A stretch of 64,000 bases of DNA from an uncultured delta proteobacterium (GTDB lineage Bacteria; Myxococcota_A; Polyangia; Haliangiales; Haliangiaceae). The translations under genes were made by a program, and so were the position numbers. The notes beneath the pieces were generated by a model. It was not told the origin of the DNA. It made no database searches and worked only from the letters and a program-made list of their open reading frames with translations. Positions within the stretch are counted from its first letter, which is position 1; the number at the start of each line of letters is the position of its first letter. Positions 55,691-64,000 of this stretch are shown piece by piece. The stretch covers positions 256,001 to 320,000 of the forward strand of contig CAVUQH010000004.1 of the NCBI GenBank assembly GCA_963743525.1, read 5' to 3'.

Positions 55691-57454
55691 TCAATTGATC
55701 GGAACGACCTGCTCGGTCCACTGCGCGATGTGGTTGTTCGACGTGATGTTCTGCGCCGGCAAGCGGAAGGCGGGGCGGCTGGGATCCATGCCCGCGTCCA
55801 TCCGATCGGGGAAGAACGGCGCCATCCAGATCTGCGGGCGCGCGCCGTTGGCCAGGCGAACGCCGAAGGCGCGCTTGGACGAGAAGGTGAACCAGTACAT
55901 CGTCTCACCCGACAGCGACTCGACGAACGGCGTCCACCGCGGCCACGAGTTGGTCAAGCCGGTGCCGACGTTGGCCGAGTCGATCTTGGTCGGGCCGACG
56001 GAGCCGTCGCCCTTGACCACCCACAGCTCGGCGGTGCCGTCGTCGTAGGCGTCCTCGGACGAGCGGTTGAACATCAGCCATTTGCCGTCCGGCGACCACG
56101 ACGGGTAGTAGTTGTTGACGCCGACGCTGCCCGGCACCAACACCTGCGGCGCGCCGAACGTACCGGTTGACGGGTCGAACGACATCACGGCGATGCTGCC
56201 GGCGTCGAAGTGCCAGTCGGCGGCCGGAGAGCCGACCTGCACGAAGGCGATCTTGTCGCCGGTGGGCGAGAAGTCAGGGTGCGTCGCCCAGCCGCCGGTG
56301 GCGACCGTGCCCAGGTCGGCGCCATCGCTGGCCTGTCGCAGATTCATCACCCCCTTGTAGACGGTGACGATGCGGTTGCCGTTGGGCTCGTAGGTGGCGA
56401 AGTTCCAGTGGAAGGTGCCGTCGGTCGCCAGCATCTCGGTGCGCGTGCCGACGTCGACGATCGACGCGGCGCCGTCGCCGCCGTCGTAGGTGATCGCCAT
56501 CTTGGTGCCGTCGCGCGACAGCACGTGGCAGGCGACGCAGCGGTTACTGGGCGACTGCGCGGTGGTGTAGAACTCCTCGGCCGGATCGCCCGGGTGGCTC
56601 ATGTCGTGGCGGTAGATGCCGGCCGACGCGCCGCCGTCGGCCTTCGACGCCCAGTAGTAGATGCCGCCGACCACGTCTTCCTCGCTGAGGCCGACCGAGA
56701 TGGTCAACGACGCGCCGGCCTTGGTCGGATCGGCGCGGACCATGCCGCGGACGCTGACCGACAGCGTGCCGGCGCGCTCGGACAGGCCGGCGATCGACCA
56801 CTCCGCCGGCAGATACGCGACCCAGTTGCCGGCATTGGCCGTGCCGGGAACGTACAGACGCAGGTTAACGTGCGCGCCGACCAGCGCGACCTCGAACAGA
56901 TCGGCGCCGCCGCTGTCGACCCAGTGGACCTCGAAGTCGCCCAGGTTGGGCGGCACCAGCGTGCCGTCGTTGGGATACACCAGCGCTGGCGCCAGCGACG
57001 GATCGTCGGTCGCGGTGTCGAACCAGCCGGGCGCCTCGGTCGGCGCGCCGGAGATGACGCGGTGGTCCTTCACATCCACCGTCAGCTGCGCCGTGTCCTG
57101 CAGCCCCATGTAGCTGGCGGTCACCCCGGTCACGCCACCGACGGTGCCCGACGTGGTGAACAGCTCGTTGGAGAAGGTGCCCAGGTTGACGTCGGTGACG
57201 CTGAAGGTGGCGTCGGTGGTGACGTCGCGGGTGGTGCCGTCGCGGAAGGTCAGCGTGGCGCTGTAGGCCTGCTGCACCGCCGCGCCGTCGACCATCGTCA
57301 GCGTCAGATCGCCGGGGCCGATGGTCAGCGTCGCGTCGAGCGTGCCGCCGTCGCCGTCGCCACCTCCATCGGTGCCCTTGTCATGGCCGGGGCCACACGC
57401 GGCGAGCGAGAGGAACAACAACAAGAAGGCGGATCTCGACCAGGCTGGGGGCAT
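55691..57454 (-). CDS. Lipoprotein with Ig-like domains and TolB-like (PD40) beta-propeller
   Basis: LAAC lipobox, CVACH, PDFSPTG, YYPSWSPDGKW, NSWPRW. Confidence 0.8.
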   Translation of the reverse strand: MPPAWSRSAFLLLFLSLAACGPGHDKGTDGGGDGDGGTLDATLTIGPGDLTLTMVDGAAVQQAYSATLTFRDGTTRDVTTDATFSVTDVNLGTFSNELFTTSGTVGGVTGVTASYMGLQDTAQLTVDVKDHRVISGAPTEAPGWFDTATDDPSLAPALVYPNDGTLVPPNLGDFEVHWVDSGGADLFEVALVGAHVNLRLYVPGTANAGNWVAYLPAEWSIAGLSERAGTLSVSVRGMVRADPTKAGASLTISVGLSEEDVVGGIYYWASKADGGASAGIYRHDMSHPGDPAEEFYTTAQSPSNRCVACHVLSRDGTKMAITYDGGDGAASIVDVGTRTEMLATDGTFHWNFATYEPNGNRIVTVYKGVMNLRQASDGADLGTVATGGWATHPDFSPTGDKIAFVQVGSPAADWHFDAGSIAVMSFDPSTGTFGAPQVLVPGSVGVNNYYPSWSPDGKWLMFNRSSEDAYDDGTAELWVVKGDGSVGPTKIDSANVGTGLTNSWPRWTPFVESLSGETMYWFTFSSKRAFGVRLANGARPQIWMAPFFPDRMDAGMDPSRPAFRLPAQNITSNNHIAQWTEQVVPIN

Positions 57455-57546
57455 TTCGGCGCGATCGTAACACCGCCAGCCCCGCGATTTAGTGACCAAT
57501 TTCTCCGTGACTGCAGATACCGCCGGCCGGTCGGGCCAATCGATCG

Positions 57547-59028
57547 CTACCAGACTGCCTGCGCCTGCACCTTGAACACATTGGTGTCCGGCCGGGTCTC
57601 GAGCGGCACCTGCCCCGGGCGCAAGGTGATCTTGTCGCCGTAGATATAGTGCGTGTACATGAGCATCAGCTCGCCCCAGTCCTGCAGCGGAAACGACAGC
57701 TTGGGCGAGATCGCTCGGAACGAGTTCTGGGCGTCGTACAGGTCCATGATGACGCGGTCATAGCGCAGCGCGGCACGCACCCCGCGGCGCTTGGAGATGA
57801 CGTAGCCCGGCTCGGCGCCCCACTTCAGGTACAGGCGACGGTCCTTGTTGATCGACGGGTCCATGGAGTCCACCTGCTTGGAGCGGACCCAGGTGGTCAT
57901 ACCAAAGACCCGCAGGTCGAACCCGCGGCCCAGCTGCATCGGCGCGTCCAGCGCAAAGGTCAGCAGCGAGCCGGTGCCGTTCTCCGAGCTCATCAGGCCC
58001 AGGTAGTTCTCGGTCAGCCCGCGGCCGCCGGTCGAGTGGAGCAACTCCAGCGCCGGCGCCAGGAACAGCGCGCTGGTGGCCTTGGTATACGACAGCGCGC
58101 CGTAGGCCGAGCCCAAGCCGCGCGGCAGCGTCCACCGCGCGTCGACGCCGGTGACCCACAGATCGCCGTCCTGGATCGGGCTGAGCTGGCGCTTGTCGCG
58201 CGTCCACGCCTTGATCAGGTAGCCGCCCAGCAGCACGCCCGGGGTCACCCGCACGCCGCCGGCCAGGTGCGCCACCGGCGTGAGACCCTGGTTCTGCTGC
58301 AGCTGCTCCTGGTGGGCGCCGATGCCGGCCTGCAAGTAGGCGCCGTTGCCGAAGTCCCAGTGCGCCTTGATGCCGCCCTGATGGGTGCGGCCGAAGATGT
58401 ACGTGTCGTACGGCTCGACGTAACCGAAACGATCCCAGAAGACACCGGCCTCGACCGACAGCGGCGCAAAGCCGAGGAAGTGATCGGCGGCGACCGACGC
58501 CTGGGCGATGCCGAACTGCTTCTCCAGCTCGGTGGTGGCGTAGTCGCTGTACAGCGAGGCGAACATGCCGAACTGCACCCGGTAGTCGCCGTGGTGAGCC
58601 GACAGGAAGATCTCCGACCAGTCCGGCTCGTACAGCCGCGTGTAGGCGAAGCCGGACAGGTAGTAGTCGTTGTCGACCAGGAACGGCTGGCGCGGTGTGG
58701 TCTGCACCGCCACCGGCATGCGGGCGTAGCCGTGGAGCTCGAGCCAGGTGTCGTCGTCCAGTGCCACTGCCGGGCCGTGCGCGGCCTCGGGCGGGCGCTC
58801 GCCGGCGGTCTTCTCGGCGACGCCGGCCGGATCGGCGGGGAACGCCGACGCCTCGGCCACCCGCGCGGTCGGCGGCGCCTTCGCCGACGTGTCGTCGTCG
58901 GCCGTGGTCTGGTCGTCGTCCTTCTTCTCGTCCCCGTGGTCGTTTCAATCGCCGGCCACCGCGTGCGCGGGTGCCCACAGCGAGAGCCCCAGAGCGCAGG
59001 TCAGTGCCACAACGATCGACGTCTTCAT
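57547..59028 (-). CDS. Outer-membrane beta-barrel/porin-like protein with an in-frame TGA at 58945-58947 after the signal peptide
   Basis: RBS GAGGAG, MKTSIVVALTCALGLSLWAPAHA in frame with the 437-aa ORF; terminal QAVW. Confidence 0.7.
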
Positions 59029-59038
59029 CGCCAACTCC

Positions 59039-60082
59039 TCACTTCTCGCCGGTGCCCAGCTGCGCCAGCTTGCCGGCGCACGCCGGCAGGTCGCTGGCCT
59101 TCAGGTAGCCGGTGTCGACCAGCAGCGACTTGACGTTGTCGGGGGTGACCAGAGCGACGCGCACCGCCGCCACCGGCACCTTGCCGCCGCCCAGCTCGAT
59201 GGTCTGCTGGGTGCCCTCGCCCGGCGTCTTGCCGTGGACCAGCGCGTTGGCCACGTCGGCGGCGGTGTCGGCCAGCGGCTCGATGTCCTTGAGCACCTCG
59301 ACCGACTGCTCGCCCTCGCACACGTAGTTGACGTTGGCGGCGTCGGCGTCAGCGCCGGCGATGAACACGTTCGAAAGGTGCGCCGACTGCACCGCCTGCA
59401 CCGCGCCGCGGGCCATGCCGCTGTTGTTGGCCAGGATCGCGTCGATCTTGCCGTCGGTGCGGGCGATGGCGTCCTCGACCGTGCGCAGCGCCTGCTCCGG
59501 CGACCACGCGCTGTGATTCTGCTCGGCGACCACGCGGATGTCGCCGCGGTCGAGGTACGGCCGCAGAGTCTCCTTGTATCCGCGGGTGATCTCGCTGGCC
59601 ACGCTGTGCCCGGCCTGGCCGCTGAGGATGACGTAGTTGCCCTTGCCGCCGGTGGCCTCGATCGCCGCCTTGGCCTGCAACACGCCGACCTGGTAGCTGT
59701 CGTGCGACACGTAGTAGTCGAGATCCTTGGAGTAGATGGCGCGGTCGTAGGCCACCACCTTGGCGCCGGCGCGGTGGGCGATGGCGATGTACGACGACGC
59801 CGCAGCGCTGTCGGTCGGCTGCACCACTACCACCTTGGCGCCGCGGGTCAGCGCGTCCTCGAGCTGGGCCAGCTGCTTGGCGTTGTCGTTGTCGGCGGCC
59901 AGCGCGATGACGTCGAGGCCGAGCTCCTTGGCCCGGGCCTCGAAGTACTTCTTGTCCTTCTGGTAGCGCTCCTCCTGCAGGGTCAACAGCAGGAAGGCGA
60001 CGCGGCCGTTGCCGTGCGACGGCGCCTTGCAGGCGACGAGGCCGGCCAGCGCGCAAAGGGCGGCGGCGGTGCGGATTCTCAT
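59039..60082 (-). CDS. Monosaccharide ABC transporter binding lipoprotein (XylF/ChvE-like)
   Basis: LQEERYQKD, VVAYDR, IDAILANN. Confidence 0.9.
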   Translation of the reverse strand: MRIRTAAALCALAGLVACKAPSHGNGRVAFLLLTLQEERYQKDKKYFEARAKELGLDVIALAADNDNAKQLAQLEDALTRGAKVVVVQPTDSAAASSYIAIAHRAGAKVVAYDRAIYSKDLDYYVSHDSYQVGVLQAKAAIEATGGKGNYVILSGQAGHSVASEITRGYKETLRPYLDRGDIRVVAEQNHSAWSPEQALRTVEDAIARTDGKIDAILANNSGMARGAVQAVQSAHLSNVFIAGADADAANVNYVCEGEQSVEVLKDIEPLADTAADVANALVHGKTPGEGTQQTIELGGGKVPVAAVRVALVTPDNVKSLLVDTGYLKASDLPACAGKLAQLGTGEK

Positions 60083-61233
60083 GATCGTTTCCTCTTGGAC
60101 AGGACGTCGATCGACACCGCAGCCATCAAGATCATCCCCTTGAAGATCAGCTGCCAGTTGGAGTCGACGCCGAGAAGGTTCATGCCGTTGGACAGGGTGC
60201 CGAACACCATGGCGCCCAGAAGAGAGCCGACCACCGAGCCGCGCCCGCCCGACAGGCTGGTGCCGCCGATGACGACCGCGGTGATGACGTCCAGCTCGAG
60301 CAGGTTGCCGGCGTTGCCCGGGGTCACGCCGTTGACCCGGCCGGCCAGGATCACGCCGGCCACGCCAGTGAGCACGCCGATGAAGATGTAGACCCACATG
60401 GTCACGCGGCGGACGTTGATGCCGGACAGGCGCGCGGCCTCGGGGTTGCCGCCGATGGCGTAGACGTGGCGACCGAAGCGGGTCTTCTTGCTGAGGAAGG
60501 TGCCGACCAGCACCGCCAGCGCCGCCAGCGCCACCGGCACCGGCAGCCCGTGCGGACCGAAGACCGCGAGGAGGAATCCACCCAGCGCCACTGTGGCGGC
60601 GATGCGGCCGATGGTCGCGGCCCGCGGCATCGGCGGTAGCTCCAGCGCTCGCCGGCGCGCGGCCGCTCGTTGCATCAGCGCCAACCCGACGGCGATCCCG
60701 ATGGCGATGAGCGCGATGGTCACCGCCGGCGGGATGTTGGCGGTAACGATGGCGAAGTCTTTGTTCATCGGCGACAGGCCGCGGGCGTCGGATGCCACCA
60801 GCGCCAGGCCGCGGAAGGCGTTGAAGCCGGCCAGCGTGACGACGAACGCGGGAATCGCCAGACGCGAGATCCAGAAGCCCTGCCACGCGCCGATGACCGC
60901 GCCGGCGGCCAGCGCCGCGGCGATGGCAACCGGTGCCGGCATGCCGTGATCGATCTGCAACAGCGCTGCGACCACACCGGTCAGTGCCACGCCGGCGCCG
61001 ACCGACAGGTCGATGCCGCGAATGACGATGACCAGGGTCATGCCGACCGCGACCACCGCCACGTGCGACACCTGCACGGTCAGGTTGACCATGTTGCGCT
61101 CGGTCAGGAAGAACTCGCGGGTCGCCGGCAAGACCGCCAACACCGCCCACAGGAGCAACAGCACGCCGGCCATCGCCCACGAGCGCAGCTCGACGCCGAC
61201 CGGCAACGCGAGAGTTTTCGACTGCTGGGTCAC
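60079..61233 (-). CDS. Monosaccharide ABC transporter permease (XylH-like)
   Basis: IDLSVG, FGRHVYAIGGNPEAARLSGIN, IGGTSLSGG. Confidence 0.93.
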   Translation of the reverse strand: MTQQSKTLALPVGVELRSWAMAGVLLLLWAVLAVLPATREFFLTERNMVNLTVQVSHVAVVAVGMTLVIVIRGIDLSVGAGVALTGVVAALLQIDHGMPAPVAIAAALAAGAVIGAWQGFWISRLAIPAFVVTLAGFNAFRGLALVASDARGLSPMNKDFAIVTANIPPAVTIALIAIGIAVGLALMQRAAARRRALELPPMPRAATIGRIAATVALGGFLLAVFGPHGLPVPVALAALAVLVGTFLSKKTRFGRHVYAIGGNPEAARLSGINVRRVTMWVYIFIGVLTGVAGVILAGRVNGVTPGNAGNLLELDVITAVVIGGTSLSGGRGSVVGSLLGAMVFGTLSNGMNLLGVDSNWQLIFKGMILMAAVSIDVLSKRKRS

Positions 61234-61237
61234 GACT

Positions 61238-62782
61238 TCACCTCCCGCCTCCGACCGCGAGCCTGAGGATCGCCTCTTCGGTCGCCTCCTCGCGGGACAG
61301 CTCGCCGGCGACGGCGCCCTCGCGGAGGACGATGACGCGGTCGGCGAGCAGACGAATCTCCGGCAGGTCCGACGACGCGATCAGCACGGCCAGGCCGGCG
61401 TCGACCAGCTCGCGCACGATGGCGTAGATCTCGGCCTTGGCGCCGATGTCGACACCGCGCGTCGGCTCGTCGAGGAGCAACAACCGCGGCTCGGTCATCA
61501 GCCACTTGCCGAGAACGACCTTCTGCTGGTTGCCGCCCGACAGCGTCCGCACCTCGGTGTCGAGGGACGCGGTCTTGACGCCCAGGCGGCGCACTTCGGC
61601 GCTGCTGGCGCGGGTCGCCGCCGCCTCGTCGATGACGCCGGCGCGGCAGTAGCGGCCCAGGGCGGCGAGGTCGAGGTTCTCGCCGACGCTCATCTCCAGC
61701 ACCAGGCCTGCGCCCTTGCGGTCTTCCGGCACCAGCGCCACACCGGCGGCGATGGCGTCGCGCGGCGACGACAGGCGAGCCGGCTTGCCACCGAGCAGCG
61801 CGCGTCCTTCGACCCGACCGCGGGCGGCGCCGAACAGGGTCGACAGCAGCGCCGTGCGTCCCGAGCCCATGGCCCCGGCCAGCGCGACCACCTCGCCGGC
61901 GCGCACTTGCAGCGACACATCGTCGAGCACGCGGCGGCCGCGGCGGTCGGTCATCGACAGCCGCTCGAGCTGCAGCACGGTGTCACCGGGACGTCGCCGC
62001 GCGCCCTCGCCCATCGCCGCCAGCTCCTCACCGATCATCAGCGTGACCAGCTGGTCGGAGTCGAGCTCGGCGGCATCGCGGCAGGCGACCCGGCGGCCGT
62101 CGCGCAAGACGGTGATGCGCGCGCACAGGGCGAAGATCTCCTCGAGCCGGTGCGAGATGTAGACGAAGGCGACGCCGCGCGCGGTCTCCGCGCGGACCAC
62201 CTCGTACAGCCGCTCGGTCTCGGCATCGGTGAGCGCGGCGGTCGGCTCGTCGAGGACGATGACCCGCGCGTCGGTGCCCAGCGCCCGGGCGATCTCGACG
62301 ATCTGCTGCTGGCCGACACCCAGCGTCTCGAGCTCGGCCTCCGGGTCGATGTCGGCGCCGGCGCGGCCGAAGCGGGCCAGCATGGCGCGGGCGTCGGCGA
62401 TCATTCGGGCGCTGTCGACCAGCCCGCCGCGGGTCGGCTCGCGGCCGAGGAGCAGGTTCTCGGCCACGGTCATCTCCGGCACCAGCGCCAGCTCCTGATG
62501 GACCACGGCCACGCCGGCGGCGCGGGCGTCGGCCACCGACGAGAAGCGCACCGGCCGACCGTCGACCGACATCGAGCCGTGCCAGTGACCGTGCACGCCG
62601 CCCATCACCTTGATCAGCGTCAACTTGCCGGCGCCGTTCTCGCCGACCAGGCCGTGAACCTCGCCCGGGCGGATGTCCAGCGATACGCCGTCGAGGGCGC
62701 GCACGCCGGGGAAGTCGACGACGATGTCGTCGAGGGCGAAGATCGGCGCGACCTCGGCCTCGCGCGCGGCGGCAACGGTCAT
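61238..62782 (-). CDS. Sugar ABC transporter ATP-binding protein, double NBD (XylG/RbsA-like)
   Basis: GENGAGK, LDEPT, YISH, LSGGNQQK, DEPTRGVDIGAK. Confidence 0.93.
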   Translation of the reverse strand: MTVAAAREAEVAPIFALDDIVVDFPGVRALDGVSLDIRPGEVHGLVGENGAGKLTLIKVMGGVHGHWHGSMSVDGRPVRFSSVADARAAGVAVVHQELALVPEMTVAENLLLGREPTRGGLVDSARMIADARAMLARFGRAGADIDPEAELETLGVGQQQIVEIARALGTDARVIVLDEPTAALTDAETERLYEVVRAETARGVAFVYISHRLEEIFALCARITVLRDGRRVACRDAAELDSDQLVTLMIGEELAAMGEGARRRPGDTVLQLERLSMTDRRGRRVLDDVSLQVRAGEVVALAGAMGSGRTALLSTLFGAARGRVEGRALLGGKPARLSSPRDAIAAGVALVPEDRKGAGLVLEMSVGENLDLAALGRYCRAGVIDEAAATRASSAEVRRLGVKTASLDTEVRTLSGGNQQKVVLGKWLMTEPRLLLLDEPTRGVDIGAKAEIYAIVRELVDAGLAVLIASSDLPEIRLLADRVIVLREGAVAGELSREEATEEAILRLAVGGGR

Positions 62783-64000
62783 CGCGCCCGCCTCCGGCGG
62801 AGCAGCAGCGCCACCGCCAGCGCCAGCAGCCCGGCGGCGAAGCCGTCGGCCGGATCGCCGCCGCCGTCGCACACGCAGGCGGTGCCGGTGCGACCGGTGG
62901 CGCCAAAGCCACCGGCGTCGCCGTACGGCGCGGCGTCAACGTAGTCGATCGGACCGGCGTCGGGATAGCTCTCGACCGTGCCGCAGTCGTCGGGCTCGAA
63001 CAGCTGCGCCCGGTGCAGCATGGTCACGATGTAGGCGCCGGCGCCGTAGCCGACCATCGGGATGCTGCCGGAGTAGGCGCCGATGGTGCCCGACTGGGTG
63101 CGGGTGTTGTACAGCTCGGGCACCAGGTCGTGGTTGACCGACGCCTGGGCGGTGACCCAGCCGAGCAGCTCGTCGGCCTGGGCCGAGTTGCCGGCGCGAC
63201 GCCACGCATCGGAGGCGCGCAGGTCGATGAGGATCCACTCGTCGGTGTCGTACTGATCGCTGGAGCCCTCGACCCGCTTGTAGCCACCAGCCGGCGTCTG
63301 CAGGTGCGAGAAGGCGGAGAGCGTGGCGTTGGCGATCGGGTCGGTCGCCGGGATCAGGTTCCAGGTGAACGCCTCGACGGTGGCGCCGTCGATGTAGTTC
63401 GAGCCCTGGGCCAGGCGCTCGAGTGAGCCGGCCAGCACGTTGCGCTGGTCGATGAAGCTGCCGCGCATGGCGGTGACCGCGTTCTCCGACAGCGACGCGA
63501 AATGGGTGCGGCTGGCGTCGTCGCCGACGCGGCGGGCCAGCGCGGCCATGTCACAGAAGCCGCGAGCGGTGGCCGCGGTGGTGTAGAGGAAGTGCTGGCG
63601 GTTGCCCCAGTGCACCTCCCAGATCGACGCATCGGCGATGGCCATGCCGTTGGGCTCGAGGTTCGACGCCAGCGCATCGGCGATCTGGTTCTTGATCACG
63701 TCGTACTTGCGCTCGCCCGCCTGCGTGGTCTCGTCGAGCCAGCCGGTGTCACCCGAGGCGTCAACGTAGGTGCGCGCCGCCCACAGGAACAGACCCCAGC
63801 CGTCGATCTCGATGTTGCGGGTGGTCTGGCCGGAGTAGTCGGCCTCCTCCTCGCCGTCGCCGAAGTAGCGCACCGTGCTGATGCGATAGGTGACGTCGTT
63901 GAGGTACGAGCCGTACTTGTCGGCCTCGGCGTCGAGGAAGAAGTCGAGGGCCCAGCGGGCCTCGTCGTAGTGACCCGAGCGCGACAGAGCGACGATGGCG
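62779..64000 (-). CDS. GH15-like (glucoamylase-type) glycoside hydrolase with MYXO-CTERM-like anchor, 5'-truncated by the window
   Basis: G.Y.EA...F, EIDGWG, DASIWE, VPELY; tail CVC...LLALAVALLLRRRR. Confidence 0.72.
   Translation of the reverse strand, partial: AIVALSRSGHYDEARWALDFFLDAEADKYGSYLNDVTYRISTVRYFGDGEEEADYSGQTTRNIEIDGWGLFLWAARTYVDASGDTGWLDETTQAGERKYDVIKNQIADALASNLEPNGMAIADASIWEVHWGNRQHFLYTTAATARGFCDMAALARRVGDDASRTHFASLSENAVTAMRGSFIDQRNVLAGSLERLAQGSNYIDGATVEAFTWNLIPATDPIANATLSAFSHLQTPAGGYKRVEGSSDQYDTDEWILIDLRASDAWRRAGNSAQADELLGWVTAQASVNHDLVPELYNTRTQSGTIGAYSGSIPMVGYGAGAYIVTMLHRAQLFEPDDCGTVESYPDAGPIDYVDAAPYGDAGGFGATGRTGTACVCDGGGDPADGFAAGLLALAVALLLRRRRAR

Noticed and set aside
58945..58947. 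Selenocysteine or programmed readthrough at the in-frame TGA
   Set aside because: It lies in an acidic linker with no redox motif, and GATTGAAAC reduces to GATGAC by the same overcall pattern seen elsewhere

Overview
A very GC-rich, gene-dense bacterial window with about 60 CDS. Gene content (Ser/Thr kinases, sigma54 activators, PilZ/PDZ proteins, Cys-rich lipoproteins, a MYXO-CTERM-like tail) suggests Myxococcota; this is inference. Housekeeping genes include gcvP, a nitrite/sulfite reductase, trkA, amrS, mch, tmk, a long RelA/SpoT, gmk and yicC. I found no rRNA, tRNA, CRISPR array, transposase or prophage. Main highlights: (1) a phage-shock-like envelope-stress cluster (TPR-like histidine kinase, REC-fused PspF-like activator, PspA, small ORF, ECF sigma, anti-sigma-like protein with TonB/AgmX-like C-terminus), plus a kinase with a PspB-like N-terminus elsewhere in the window; (2) a candidate ~200-nt structured RNA at 42702-42904; (3) a four-helix-bundle gene beside a 14-bp inverted repeat and a ~340-bp degenerate hexamer tract; (4) a MutH-like nuclease gene clustered with an RNA methyltransferase and amrS; (5) a Bacillus-type Zn phospholipase C; (6) an unlisted 52-aa basic ORF after relA; (7) a PUL-like sugar locus. 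Five reading-frame disruptions are each explained by extra A/T bases and are probably sequencing errors. All family calls come from reading motifs by eye; no searches were run.
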